64,000 nt of DNA from Chthoniobacteraceae bacterium (GTDB lineage Bacteria; Verrucomicrobiota; Verrucomicrobiia; Chthoniobacterales; Chthoniobacteraceae), in assembly GCA_037190965.1 (NCBI GenBank), contig JBBCKI010000019.1, positions 51,537 to 115,536 of the forward strand, in the 5' to 3' direction. Made by a program: the position numbers and the translations under genes. The notes under the pieces are model-generated. The model ran no database searches, was not told where the DNA came from, and worked only from the letters and a program-made list of their open reading frames with translations. How positions within the stretch are numbered: position 1 is the first letter of the stretch; each line of letters begins with the position of its first letter. This document shows, piece after piece, positions 17,336 to 27,372 of this stretch.

Positions 17336-19581
17336 ATCTGGACGATCCCAAACTGACGGCTTACGCCTTGGGGGAATTGGACGAATTGACCGGCGAGGAA
17401 CGCCTCGCTCTGGAGAAGCTGCTTGCGGAATCCGCGGAGGCCCGCGCCTTTGTGGAAGAGACCGCCGCGTTTGCTCAAACCCTGAAAGGGGAGTTCCTCA
17501 CGGAAATGCCAGCGACCGCGCTGAGGCAGGTAAGCCGCGCCGAGTTGCTCTCGGAGGTTGAGGTGGCGAGAAAAATCGCGCCTTTTTCCGCAGGACGGCG
17601 GGTGGCATGGGCCGTGGGGTTGAGCGCAATGGCCGCCGCGTTGGCGACGGTTTTTTACCTGCCGTTTGAGGCGAAGGAAGCGGAACGTTCGAAGGCGCGT
17701 TCGCGGAACGAACGGGTCTCGGTGCTCACGGAAGCCGGGGAGCGGAAAGTGGAAGGCAATCTGGTGAAGGCGAAGGCGATCGATGCCGCAATCGGAGACA
17801 ACGTGGTTATGAATGAGCCGATTGACTCGGAAACAGCTCTAGCTCTTTCGAGCATAACGACTTCCGCTCCATCTGCAACGCTGGACAGTTTGGTAGTGAC
17901 TCCTCCTATGGAGTTGAAGTCGCCTGCAATCCCGGCAGCAGTTCCTCCACCTATCGTTTCGGTAGCTGGGGTTTCGGCACCTGTGCTTGCCTCCAAGTTG
18001 ACTGCTGCACAAATCAAAGAAGTGGCGGCATTTACCGGAGGTTGGGCGAGAAGAGAAGGAGCTTCAGATTTTCGGGGGAATGGGCTGGGCGCAATTCATG
18101 AGATGGAGAGGAATGTAAGGGAACGACGTGCATCGGAGGCCTTCAATACCGAAGCCTACGCCGACCTGGACGAAAACCCGTTCCTCGCCGTTGGGCAGAA
18201 CCCTCTCTCCACCTTCTCCATTGATGTCGATACGGCGAGCTATTCGAACGTGCGGCGGTTCCTCACGGCCGGGCAGCGGCCTCCGGTCGGGGCGGTGCGG
18301 ATCGAGGAGTTGCTCAATTACTTCCGTTATGACTACGCACCGCCGAAGGGTGACGCGCCGTTCGCTACGCATGTGGAGGTGGCCCAATGCCCATGGCAAC
18401 CCGCTCACCGGCTGGTACGGATCGGGTTGAAAGGGCGCGAGCTTCGCGAGGAGGGGCGCGCGTCGAGTAACCTGGTGTTCCTGATCGATGTTTCCGGCTC
18501 CATGAACGAACCCAACAAGCTGCCGCTCCTCAAGCAGAGCATGCGCCTCCTTGTGGAGAAGCTGGGAGAGAACGACCGGGTGTCGATGGTCGTCTACGCA
18601 GGCGCGGCGGGCCTGGTCCTTCCAGCCACGCGCGGCGACAAGAAGGAGGCGATTCTCGCCGCGCTGGAACGGTTGCAGGCGGGCGGGTCCACCAATGGCG
18701 CGGGCGGCATCGGGCTCGCCTATGAAACCGCCGTGGAAAACATGATCCCGGGGGGAATCAACCGCGTGATTCTCGCGACCGATGGCGACTTCAATGTCGG
18801 CGTGACCAATGAGTCCGAACTGGCTCGATTGATCGAGGCAAAGGCAAAGACGGGGGTATACCTTACGGTGCTCGGTTTCGGCCAGGGGAACTACAACGAC
18901 GCCACGATGAAGAAGCTCTCCACCAAGGGGAACGGCAACTACGCCTATATCGATTCGCTGCGCGAAGGGCGCAAGGTGCTCGTGGAGCAGATCGGCGGGA
19001 CGCTCGTGACCATCGCCAAGGATGTGAAGATCCAGGTCGAGTTCAACCCGCGCGTCGCCGGCACCTACCGGTTGATCGGGTATGAAAACCGGCTCTTGAG
19101 GAAGGAGGACTTCAACGATGATAAGAAGGATGCCGGTGAGATCGGCGCCGGGCATACGGTCACCGCGCTTTACGAGGTCGTTCCGGTTGGAGTCAGCGCC
19201 GGGACCGGCAAGGTGGACGCCCTGAAATACCAGCCCGCGCCCGCGGAAACCGTGCGCGGCTTGGAAACGCCTGCGTCGGAAGAGTTGCTCACCGTCAAGC
19301 TGCGCTACAAGAAGCCGGACGGGGAGACCAGCTTGCTTCTCGAGCATCCGGTGACCGATCGCGGGGCGGCGATTGGAGAAAGCTCGAAGGACTTCCGCTT
19401 CGCCGCCGCCGTGGCCGAGTTCGGGATGCTACTGAAGAACTCGGCTCATGCGGGATCGGCAACCTGGGAAAGCGCCCGGGAACTGGCGACGGAAGGGAAG
19501 GGGATCGACGAGGGAGGCTACCGGGCCGAGTTCATCGAGTTGCTGGAGAAAGTAAAAGGGTTTGGTTTGCAGGATCGGTAA
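17332..19581 (+). CDS. YfbK-type vWA/DUF3520 protein with anti-sigma-like N-terminus and TM helix
   Basis: LTAYALGEL N-terminus, TM helix, PLSTFSIDVDTASY, DVSGS MIDAS, LATDGDFNVG, DAGEIGAGH. Confidence 0.9.
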   Translation: MNLDDPKLTAYALGELDELTGEERLALEKLLAESAEARAFVEETAAFAQTLKGEFLTEMPATALRQVSRAELLSEVEVARKIAPFSAGRRVAWAVGLSAMAAALATVFYLPFEAKEAERSKARSRNERVSVLTEAGERKVEGNLVKAKAIDAAIGDNVVMNEPIDSETALALSSITTSAPSATLDSLVVTPPMELKSPAIPAAVPPPIVSVAGVSAPVLASKLTAAQIKEVAAFTGGWARREGASDFRGNGLGAIHEMERNVRERRASEAFNTEAYADLDENPFLAVGQNPLSTFSIDVDTASYSNVRRFLTAGQRPPVGAVRIEELLNYFRYDYAPPKGDAPFATHVEVAQCPWQPAHRLVRIGLKGRELREEGRASSNLVFLIDVSGSMNEPNKLPLLKQSMRLLVEKLGENDRVSMVVYAGAAGLVLPATRGDKKEAILAALERLQAGGSTNGAGGIGLAYETAVENMIPGGINRVILATDGDFNVGVTNESELARLIEAKAKTGVYLTVLGFGQGNYNDATMKKLSTKGNGNYAYIDSLREGRKVLVEQIGGTLVTIAKDVKIQVEFNPRVAGTYRLIGYENRLLRKEDFNDDKKDAGEIGAGHTVTALYEVVPVGVSAGTGKVDALKYQPAPAETVRGLETPASEELLTVKLRYKKPDGETSLLLEHPVTDRGAAIGESSKDFRFAAAVAEFGMLLKNSAHAGSATWESARELATEGKGIDEGGYRAEFIELLEKVKGFGLQDR

Positions 19582-19593
19582 CGGTCGCGGACC

Positions 19594-19632
19594 AAAAAAA
19601 AGCCCTCCCGCACAAGGATTGCGCGGGAGGGC
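19594..19632 (-). terminator. Intrinsic terminator between convergent genes
   Basis: GCCCTCCCGC/GCGGGAGGGC stem with an A8 tract on its left (U-tract on the minus strand). Confidence 0.75.
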
Positions 19633-19655
19633 GAAAATATTTTGGAGTACAACCG

Positions 19656-20273
19656 CTAGTACTTCACCCCGCAGCCGTATGACTTCGAGGTTGGGTGCGA
19701 GACCGGCTTGCCGGCGGCAAGCTCATCCAATGCTTGTGTTACGTAGTTTTTCGAGGCGGCGATGTCAGCCTGCTTGGGCGTGGGTTTGTCGTCAATGGCA
19801 CCCGCGTAAACCAGCATTCCCTCGGGGTTGATGACAAACATTTGTGGTGTCGTCTTGGCCCCATAGGCGCGGCCTACCTTGCCATCGCTATCGATCAGGC
19901 TCGCGGTGGCGGCGACTTCATGCCCCTTGTCATAGGCGGCCACCTGCTCGGCTGTCAGGGCTCCCTGCTTGCCGGGTGCGCCGGAGTTGATGCGGTACCA
20001 GACGACGCCCTTCGCCAGCGCGTCCTTCTGGAGTTTCTGCATGTCGCCTTTCTCGTAATACTTCTTCACGAACGGGCATTCCGGGTTGGTCCATTCGAGA
20101 ACGACGGTCTTGCCTTTGGCGGAGGCGAGGTCGTGCGTTTTCCCATCCCCGCCCGGGAGGCTGAAGTTGGGAGCCGGTTTGCCGACTTCCGCCGGAGAGT
20201 CCGCGGCGTGCAGGACAGGAGAGACGGCGAAAAGGGCTGACAGGGCGAACGGAACGAGGAGGAGTGTTTTCAT
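19656..20273 (-). CDS. Secreted redoxin / thioredoxin-fold (AhpC/TSA-like) protein
   Basis: Signal peptide, VVLEWTNPECPFV, YGAKTTP, YAGAIDD, C-terminal YGCGVKY. Confidence 0.88.
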   Translation of the reverse strand: MKTLLLVPFALSALFAVSPVLHAADSPAEVGKPAPNFSLPGGDGKTHDLASAKGKTVVLEWTNPECPFVKKYYEKGDMQKLQKDALAKGVVWYRINSGAPGKQGALTAEQVAAYDKGHEVAATASLIDSDGKVGRAYGAKTTPQMFVINPEGMLVYAGAIDDKPTPKQADIAASKNYVTQALDELAAGKPVSHPTSKSYGCGVKY

Positions 20274-20487
20274 AGTCGTGGGATTCCTTCGATTCGTGAG
20301 GGTTCTAGTGAATGGATGTTTTTTTCCGAGGCTCGAGCACGATTGCGAAAGCAGCCGGGCGCGAGCGTACCTTTTTTGGATTCCATTCCTGCCAAAACGT
20401 TCAAACTTTTTAGGGAGTTTCGTCACGAGAGGCGCATGGCAGCAGCAAGCCGAAGTGGATGGCTTGCGACACTCGTGACGAAACGAC

Positions 20488-21504
20488 CTAGAAGAGCTCG
20501 TTGGGCCGGTTTGGCGGCGTCACCCCCACCTTGCGATACGCCGGGGCAAGAGCGACGCGCCCCTGCGGGGTGCGCTTGAGGTAACCTTGCATGATAAGGT
20601 AGGGCTCATTGACATCCTCCAGGGTGCCCGCCTCCTCGCCAATGGCGACAGCCAGCGAGTTCAATCCTACCGGGCCGCCTTCGAAGGTATGGATCAGGGT
20701 TTCGAGAATCCGTTTGTCCATTTCGTCGAAGCCGTCTTCGTCGATGTCGAGCATGCGGAGGGCGCGGTCGGCCACTTCCCGGTTGATGGCCGAGTCCGCC
20801 CGGACCTGTGCGAAGTCGCGTACCCAGCGCAGGAGATTATTGGCAATGCGGGGCGTGCCTCGCGAGCGCGCCGCGATTTCCAGCGCCCCGGGACCATCGA
20901 TGTCGATATTAACGATCCGCGCGCTTCGCTGGATGATCGCCTGGAGTTCGTCCGCCGTGTAGTAGTCGAGGCGGCTGGTCATCCCGAAGCGCGAACGCAG
21001 CGGTGCCGAGATCATGCCGGAGCGGGTGGTCGCGCCGATGAGCGTGAACTTCGGGAGGTTGAGTCGCACGCTCCGGGCGTTGGGCCCCTGGTCGATAATG
21101 ATGTCGAGCTTGAAGTCCTCCATCGCCGGGTAGAGGTACTCCTCAATGGTCGGCTGGAGGCGGTGGATTTCGTCGATAAAGAGGACGTCGCCACGTTCCA
21201 GGGTGGTGAGCAGCCCCGCGAGATCTCCGGCTTTCTCAATAGTCGGCCCGCTGGTATTCTTGATGCTCACGCCCATGGCGTTGGCGAGGATGTAAGCCAG
21301 CGTCGTTTTGCCGAGGCCGGGGGGGCCGCTCAGGAGAACGTGATCGAGCACGTCGCCGCGTTGCCGCGCCGCTTCGACGATCACCTCAAGGCGTTCGCAC
21401 ACCTTTGCCTGCCCGGCAAACTCGTTGAACATCGGCGGCCGCAGGGAGATGTCGAACGGGGTATCGGGGGCGTCCAGGGTGCTTCTGACGAAATTTTCGG
21501 ACAC
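20488..21504 (-). CDS. ruvB: Holliday junction branch migration helicase RuvB
   Basis: [46 protein letters not shown]. Confidence 0.98.
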   Translation of the reverse strand: MSENFVRSTLDAPDTPFDISLRPPMFNEFAGQAKVCERLEVIVEAARQRGDVLDHVLLSGPPGLGKTTLAYILANAMGVSIKNTSGPTIEKAGDLAGLLTTLERGDVLFIDEIHRLQPTIEEYLYPAMEDFKLDIIIDQGPNARSVRLNLPKFTLIGATTRSGMISAPLRSRFGMTSRLDYYTADELQAIIQRSARIVNIDIDGPGALEIAARSRGTPRIANNLLRWVRDFAQVRADSAINREVADRALRMLDIDEDGFDEMDKRILETLIHTFEGGPVGLNSLAVAIGEEAGTLEDVNEPYLIMQGYLKRTPQGRVALAPAYRKVGVTPPNRPNELF

Positions 21505-21582
21505 GCCGGAGATTCAAGTGCGGCCCGGGCCGGTTTGCAAATCCTTTCCGGTCTCCGGTCTCAGCTTTCCGGTTTTCTTCGT

Positions 21583-21978
21583 TTACTCGCGCTCGTCGGG
21601 GAGGTCGATCTCCAGACGGCATTGCAGCATTCGGTCGTGTTCGGCTTCGTCGAGCCCTTCGGCGACAAGCTCTTCGCCAATGCTGGCGTTGCCGTCCACC
21701 TCCGTCCGGCCAACATGATGGCCGAGGGTTGGCGCGATCATGTCGCGTTCCGAGATGATCTCCGCCATCTGGTCGTCAGGACCGTTGAGATTGAATAGAT
21801 CGGGGTCGTGATTGCCGCCGTGAAGTTCTCTGTAGGCGCGTCGCCAGTCGAGTTCAGTCTGATGATCGCGGCCGTCGATGAGGGCGAGTTCACGGGCGCG
21901 TTGCCGGACGGTTTCGGGCGATGGGATCCCCATCCCTTCGGTGTGTCGCAGGATTTTCCCGGAAACCGGCCGCTTCAT
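21583..21978 (-). CDS. Hypothetical acidic protein
   Basis: Plausible codon pattern, RARELALIDGR and EELVAEGLDEAEHDRM segments; start uncertain. Confidence 0.7.
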   Translation of the reverse strand: MKRPVSGKILRHTEGMGIPSPETVRQRARELALIDGRDHQTELDWRRAYRELHGGNHDPDLFNLNGPDDQMAEIISERDMIAPTLGHHVGRTEVDGNASIGEELVAEGLDEAEHDRMLQCRLEIDLPDERE

Positions 21979-22023
21979 TCGCATACTTACCGATACTCAG
22001 AAAATGGCCGGGCGCAAGCGGCT

Positions 22024-22217
22024 CTTCAAGGGGGGGCGTTCGGCCACCGGATGAGCTAGGCACGAAAGGTACCGCGTTCAGTGTAGCGCACCGCCACGTC
22101 GCCGCCGTCCGCAATCATTCCGTCCACCGTCAGATTGATCGTAAAGCTCTCGATCAACTAGCTCCAGATTTCAAGGGCCTGGCCAATCGGCACCGCACCG
22201 AGCACCCCCGATTGAAG
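22024..22217. ncRNA. Candidate structured ncRNA (possibly 6S-like)
   Basis: End-to-end pairing 22024-22043/22198-22217, inner stem GAGCTAG/CTAGCTC, hairpin TTGATCG/CGATCAA; no credible ORF. Confidence 0.45.
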
Positions 22218-22420
22218 GCGGCAACGTAAGCATGAATCACGTCGATATCGGAGGGCCTATTTGCAGCGTCGAAGAAACATGAAACGCGCGGAAAGGAAAG
22301 TCGGGCGCGCCACCTCTGCCCGATTGGTGAAAAATTCATCCCGATCTATGAAAAAATAATCGCCGAAACGCCCGCTTTTACGGACGCGTGTCACAGACAA
22401 ACGCAAGTGGAAATTAACCT

Positions 22421-23740
22421 ATGACACATAGAGTATTACTCAAGAATCTTTTTCAGCCTTCCGCTCCGGTGGCGCACCCGAAGGGTAGCTCTCTCCGTCG
22501 GCTCTCGGGCAGAATGACCCGACTGGCAATTTTTGGCGCTTCGCTGGCATTCATGGGGAAGGCCCACGCGGTTGATGCCACATGGAACACAGGGACCGGC
22601 TCATACCACCTCGGCTCCAACTGGGTTGGGGGAACCGCGCCAGCGGGCGCATCAGTCGCCACCTTCAGCAATTCCGGCGCAGGCACCGTCACTATCGTAG
22701 GTAACCTGGGGCTCAAAGGGATCACTTACACTGCGAACGCCAGCGCCTACACATTGTCTCAAACAGACAGCCCTTATATCGAGTTCAACGACGGCACGAT
22801 TCAAACGACCGGGACAGGCGCGAATAGCCAGAACATCACCGCCACCCTTGCAGTGGTAACGGGGCTCGTCCTGAGCAGTGGCTATACGTCTCCTTCGCAT
22901 GTTCTCAATATTTCAGGCGCTGTTTATGGCCGCGCTGGCTTGACCAACACAGTCACCCTGACCGGTGCGAATACCGGCGCAAACAAGATCAGCGGCGTTA
23001 TCAGCAACACCACTGGCACCACCGCCATTACCAAAAGCGGCGCGGGAACCTGGGTGCTATCGGGCGTCAATACCTACACCGGCGCGACCCAGGTGAACCA
23101 GGGGCTGCTCCTGGTCACCGGCACACACTCCGGGGCCTATACGGTCAATGGAGGTCAATTGGGTGGCGCAGGAGGCAAAATCACGGCGACCGGCATTACG
23201 TTGGGCAGTGCGGCAGGATCCGGAATCAACGTATCCGGGGCTGGCTTGGGCACCGTAGGATCGCAGAACGGCGTCGTGGCAACCGGAACTCTCGAACTTG
23301 TCCTGGGCGGCGGTTCGCTCAACATCAGCCAGGCGGGCAACAGTTCCCTGACATTCGCTCTGAACACGCCGGGTAACAGCGATCAGGTAAAGCTCACTAC
23401 CGGCACCCTGAATATCGGCGTCGGAGCGCTCAGCCTTGCGAGTTTCAACTTCGATATTTCCAATTGGGAACCCACTGGCGCGCAGGGTACCTACAACCTG
23501 TTTACGACTTCTTCTCCCGGCGGTATCACCGGTTCGCTGGCAAGCAGCAACCTTACCGGAATCTGGGGCGGCTACAACGTGACGCTCACCCAGGGTTTTG
23601 ATGGGGGCGGGAACGCGGCGATCCAGCTTGTCGTGGTTCCGGAGCCTTCCACCCTCCACATTCTGGGCGCAGGCCTGCTCGTGGGAATCGCGGCCGTTCT
23701 TCGCCGCCGCAAGAACGGTGTAGCCGTGTCTGTTTCGTAG
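22421..23740 (+). CDS. PEP-CTERM surface protein with an autotransporter-associated beta-strand repeat
   Basis: Signal peptide (AHA-V), G/T/S/N-rich, ITKSGAGTWVLSGVNTYTGATQV repeat, VPEPS+TM+RRRK. Confidence 0.92.
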   Translation: MTHRVLLKNLFQPSAPVAHPKGSSLRRLSGRMTRLAIFGASLAFMGKAHAVDATWNTGTGSYHLGSNWVGGTAPAGASVATFSNSGAGTVTIVGNLGLKGITYTANASAYTLSQTDSPYIEFNDGTIQTTGTGANSQNITATLAVVTGLVLSSGYTSPSHVLNISGAVYGRAGLTNTVTLTGANTGANKISGVISNTTGTTAITKSGAGTWVLSGVNTYTGATQVNQGLLLVTGTHSGAYTVNGGQLGGAGGKITATGITLGSAAGSGINVSGAGLGTVGSQNGVVATGTLELVLGGGSLNISQAGNSSLTFALNTPGNSDQVKLTTGTLNIGVGALSLASFNFDISNWEPTGAQGTYNLFTTSSPGGITGSLASSNLTGIWGGYNVTLTQGFDGGGNAAIQLVVVPEPSTLHILGAGLLVGIAAVLRRRKNGVAVSVS

Positions 23741-23791
23741 AACAGACGCCGCAGGGGGGATATGTGCCTCCCCGCTAAATAGGCTCAAATG

Positions 23792-23832
23792 AAAAGCCGG
23801 CTCCCGAGTGTGACCACTCGGAAGCCGGTTTT
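23792..23832. terminator. Bidirectional intrinsic terminator
   Basis: AAAAGCCGGCTCCCGAGTG/CACTCGGAAGCCGGTTTT between convergent genes. Confidence 0.75.
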
Positions 23833-23835
23833 AAC

Positions 23836-23918
23836 TTGTTGGGACGCGGCCCTCATGAAGCCACGGAAGTCGATACCCGCGCTCGACGGCGCGAGCGTGC
23901 TACCGGTGCTCCCGCACC
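23836..23918 (+). repeat. GTAG-REPIN family B, half copy
   Basis: Matches the right half of 31979-32136 and of revcomp 41670-41830 (CCCGCGCTCGACGGCGCGAGCG...TACCGGTGCT). Confidence 0.8.
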
Positions 23919-24032
23919 ATTTGTTTCTTTCTACCTCCCCTTCATGCACAGCGAGGAACCGTGAGGCTCGACGAAAGTCACTCGCGGCCAGCGGATTGCG
24001 CCAGATCGCCCCGATCTATTGACGTTTTTAGG

Positions 24033-24914
24033 CTAAGTGCCCGTGATCTGGCGGCACGCCTTGACGGTGTTCGCCATCAGCATCGCAATCGTCATCGGCC
24101 CGACGCCACCGGGGACCGGGGTGATCCTGGAGCATTTCGGGGCGACTTCATCGAAATCGACGTCGCCGACGAGTTTGTAACCCTTGGCGTTGGAGGGATC
24201 TTCCACGCGGTTGATGCCAACGTCGATGACCACCGCGCCTTCACGGACATGCTTGGCTTTGACAAAGCCGGGCCTGCCGATGGCGGCGATCAGGATATCA
24301 GCCGAGCGGGTGATCTCCGCCATATTCCGCGAACGGGAATGGACGACGGTGACGGTGGCGTCTCCCCCTTTGCCCTTGGCCATGAGAAGGAGGGCCATCG
24401 GTTTGCCGACGATCATGGAACGGCCCAGCACGACGGCATGGAGCCCGGCGGGATCGACGCCGCTCGCCAGCAGCAAACGCTGGCAGCCAAGCGGGGTGCA
24501 CGGGACGAAGCCGGTGGGGTCGCCCAAGGTCAGCTTGGCGACGTTGATCGGGTGGAACCCGTCGACGTCCTTTCGCGGGTCGATGGTTTCCACCACTGCC
24601 GCCTCGTCGATATGGGGAGGAGGCGGCGATTGGACGAGAATGCCGTGGATCGCCGGGTCGGCGTTGAGCTGGCGCACGAGCGCGACAAGATCCTCCTGGC
24701 TGGTCTCTGCCGGAAGCTCGTGCTTCACGGAGTGCAGCCCGAGTTCGCGGGACATCTTCTCCTTGGAGCGGACGTAAGCGCGCGAAGCGGGGTCGTCCCC
24801 CACCAGCACCACCGCGAGCCCGGGGGTGATTCCCTTTTCCTTGAGCTTGGCGACTTCGGCGCGGGTTTCGGCGTGGACTTCGTGGGCGATCTGTTTGCCG
24901 TCGATCAATTGCAT
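24033..24914 (-). CDS. folD: Methylenetetrahydrofolate dehydrogenase/cyclohydrolase
   Basis: [36 protein letters not shown]. Confidence 0.98.
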   Translation of the reverse strand: MQLIDGKQIAHEVHAETRAEVAKLKEKGITPGLAVVLVGDDPASRAYVRSKEKMSRELGLHSVKHELPAETSQEDLVALVRQLNADPAIHGILVQSPPPPHIDEAAVVETIDPRKDVDGFHPINVAKLTLGDPTGFVPCTPLGCQRLLLASGVDPAGLHAVVLGRSMIVGKPMALLLMAKGKGGDATVTVVHSRSRNMAEITRSADILIAAIGRPGFVKAKHVREGAVVIDVGINRVEDPSNAKGYKLVGDVDFDEVAPKCSRITPVPGGVGPMTIAMLMANTVKACRQITGT

Positions 24915-24947
24915 GTGCGGATTCCTTGGTGGTTGCCTGTCTTTATT

Positions 24948-26243
24948 CTATTCCAGCCGGATTTCGGCGGAGCGGCCATGGGCGTCGAGCCCTTCAATGG
25001 TAGCGAAAGTCTGGATGACGGGAAGCGATTTGCGGAGCGACGCGGCGTCGAACCGGACAAGGCTCGTACGACGCTGGAACTGGTCCACGGTCAGGCCCGG
25101 GAACGATTTTCCGGCTCCGCCCGTGGGGAGTTCGTGCGATGGGCCTGCGACAAAGTCGCCGCCCGCGACGGGAGAATACCCACCGAGGAAAATGGCACCC
25201 GCCGTTCGGATCTGAGCCGCCAGCGCATCCTCGGTTTTGGCGTCCTTCGCGACGATGGAGACATGCTCCGGGGCGTAAGCGTTGCAGAGCGCCACGGCAT
25301 CCTTGAGGGTTTTTACGAGCACCAGGGTGGTGCTTTCGTTCAGGACTCCCGCGATGTGCGGGACGCGGGAAAGCGTTTTGGCCTGTCGGGCGACTTCCTT
25401 TTCCACGGCGTTGAGAAGACGCGCGGAGTTGGTGACGAAGATCACTTCACTGTTGTGGCCATGCTCGGCTTGCGCGAGGAGATCGGAGGCGATCCAGGCG
25501 GGATTCGCGGAAGCGTCCGCAATCACGAGGATTTCGCTCGGGCCGGGGAGGAGATCGACGGCGACACGGCCGAAAACCTGCCGTTTGGCTTCCACGACGT
25601 AGGCATTGCCCGGGCCGTAGATCTTGGCGACGGGCCGGATGGAGGCGGTTCCGTAAGCAAGAGCGGCGATGGCCTGGGCACCGCCGACTTTGTAGACCTC
25701 CGTGGCTCCGGCGACTTGAAGCGCGTAAAGAAGGGCGTCGTTAACCCGGCCATCAGGACCGGCGGGAGTGGCGACGACAATCTCCGGAACGCCTGCCACG
25801 GTGGCCAGCGTGCAGGTCATGATGGCGGTGGAGACGAGCGGAGCCGTTCCCCCGGGAACATAGATGCCGACCCGCTGGAATGGATCGAAGCGTTCGCCGA
25901 CTTTTACCCCGTGAGCATTGCGTCCGCTCCACTCCTTGCGGCGACTCCGTTCCGCGAAGCTCTTTACGTTGGCGTGGGAGGCGGCAACGGCCTCTCTCGT
26001 GGCGGCATCGACGCGGCCTGAGGCGGTCTTGAATTCCTCAGGGGTGACCCGCACTTTTTTGGCGGTGAGGCGGGGGCCTCCGAATTTTTCGGTCAGCTCG
26101 AAGAGAGCCTTGTCGCCTTCTTTTTGAATCCGCTCGACGATTTGCCCCACGGTGGCGTGAACTTCCGCGCTCGGCGCGGCGGCGCGATTAAGGGTGGCAA
26201 TGGCTTTGGAGAAGCCGGGATCGGTGTATCGCAGGAGGCGCAT
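24948..26243 (-). CDS. hisD: Histidinol dehydrogenase
   Basis: GIYVPGG, GGAQAIAALAYG, GPGNAYV, GPSE, DLLAQAEH, APEH, GPSHELPT. Confidence 0.97.
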   Translation of the reverse strand: MRLLRYTDPGFSKAIATLNRAAAPSAEVHATVGQIVERIQKEGDKALFELTEKFGGPRLTAKKVRVTPEEFKTASGRVDAATREAVAASHANVKSFAERSRRKEWSGRNAHGVKVGERFDPFQRVGIYVPGGTAPLVSTAIMTCTLATVAGVPEIVVATPAGPDGRVNDALLYALQVAGATEVYKVGGAQAIAALAYGTASIRPVAKIYGPGNAYVVEAKRQVFGRVAVDLLPGPSEILVIADASANPAWIASDLLAQAEHGHNSEVIFVTNSARLLNAVEKEVARQAKTLSRVPHIAGVLNESTTLVLVKTLKDAVALCNAYAPEHVSIVAKDAKTEDALAAQIRTAGAIFLGGYSPVAGGDFVAGPSHELPTGGAGKSFPGLTVDQFQRRTSLVRFDAASLRKSLPVIQTFATIEGLDAHGRSAEIRLE

Positions 26244-26310
26244 GGACGAAAAATGAAGGAGAGGTGGCGAAAAACGGCAGCGGGATCAGACGAACGGCGA
26301 TGAAACAACC

Positions 26311-26343
26311 CAGCGCGTCTTCCGCTTTGCGGGAGACGCGCTG
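26311..26343. terminator. Strong GC hairpin, possible terminator of the upstream minus-strand gene
   Basis: CAGCGCGTCTTCCGC-TTT-GCGGGAGACGCGCTG; no clear U-tract. Confidence 0.5.
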
Positions 26344-26394
26344 TCGGTAAGGAAACCCGGGGTTTTTGAGGAATCCCGGGACTTCAAAGGCGGT

Positions 26395-27183
26395 TTATCC
26401 GTTGGTGACCGGGGTCTCGTGATGAATGATGTAGCCCGGAGGGAACATCACGTCATCCGACTTGAGGCGTTTCAAGCTCGCGCGGATCTGTTCGCGGATC
26501 GCCGGGTCATCGATCACGTCGAGGACGCCCCGTTCCACCTGGTCCAGTAAATCGTCGGGAACTCCGAGCGCCCGGAGGGTCGCGGTGAAAATCTCGACGA
26601 TCTTGGCGGTGAAATCGAGTTCCGGGCCAACCAGTACCACGGCCTGAACCAATTGGATGATCAAAGCCTGGTTTGCGGGATTCGACGGATCGAGATGATA
26701 GGCAAGGATGGCGGCCACGTTTCCGATCTCCGTGGCGCAGGCGTCGGCGAGAGTCGGTGATTCGGGTTCGATGGTTCCCTTGAAGTCTGGCTCTCCGTCG
26801 GGGCGGAGCTTGTTTTTAATAGAGATGGTGATCTGCCGGGCGATTTCCACTACCTGAGCTGCAAGTGCCGGGTGATTCGGGAAAAGTTTGCCGATGGCTT
26901 CCGCGATTTCTTTGCCGCGTTCGAGAGGAGCTGCTTTTGCAAGAGCCCCGGCGATGGTGGGAGCCTCGCTGGCCGGATGGGCGAGGATTACGCGCTGGAC
27001 TGCGTCTTGAAAAACCGAGGTCGGCGCGTTGTTGATATTCAAACCGGAGGGAAGCGCCTGATTGACTTCCCGGACGTACTGGTACCGGGAGGCGGCCTGG
27101 ACTGATGGAACGGCAATGGGGGCCATCAGCAGAGCCAGTGATAGCGCCGTATGCCGCACAAGCGTTTTCGTGAAAGTTGGCAT
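26395..27183 (-). CDS. Secreted alpha-helical hypothetical protein
   Basis: Signal peptide MPTF...VQA; Ala/Ile-rich amphipathic segments; ends ETPVTNG; only the 3' part of the 698-aa track ORF looks real. Confidence 0.8.
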   Translation of the reverse strand: MPTFTKTLVRHTALSLALLMAPIAVPSVQAASRYQYVREVNQALPSGLNINNAPTSVFQDAVQRVILAHPASEAPTIAGALAKAAPLERGKEIAEAIGKLFPNHPALAAQVVEIARQITISIKNKLRPDGEPDFKGTIEPESPTLADACATEIGNVAAILAYHLDPSNPANQALIIQLVQAVVLVGPELDFTAKIVEIFTATLRALGVPDDLLDQVERGVLDVIDDPAIREQIRASLKRLKSDDVMFPPGYIIHHETPVTNG

Positions 27184-27372
27184 GATTATAAAAAAAGCGT
27201 TTGTACAACGCGGGCTTACGCGGGTGGTGCACGGCGGTCCACGCCGGCAATGGTCAGCGGGAGTGTAAAGGAGGCGGGGCAGGGGTGTCCAACCTAAAAA
27301 ATACGCCCCAATCATGGCATTCGCGGGAGTAGCACCCGCGAATGCCCCGCCGTTCGATTGGAGATGTTTAGG

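Noticed and set aside
23961..26021. 686-aa + strand ORF
   Set aside because: Antisense shadow of folD and hisD; typical of high-GC codon bias, no motifs
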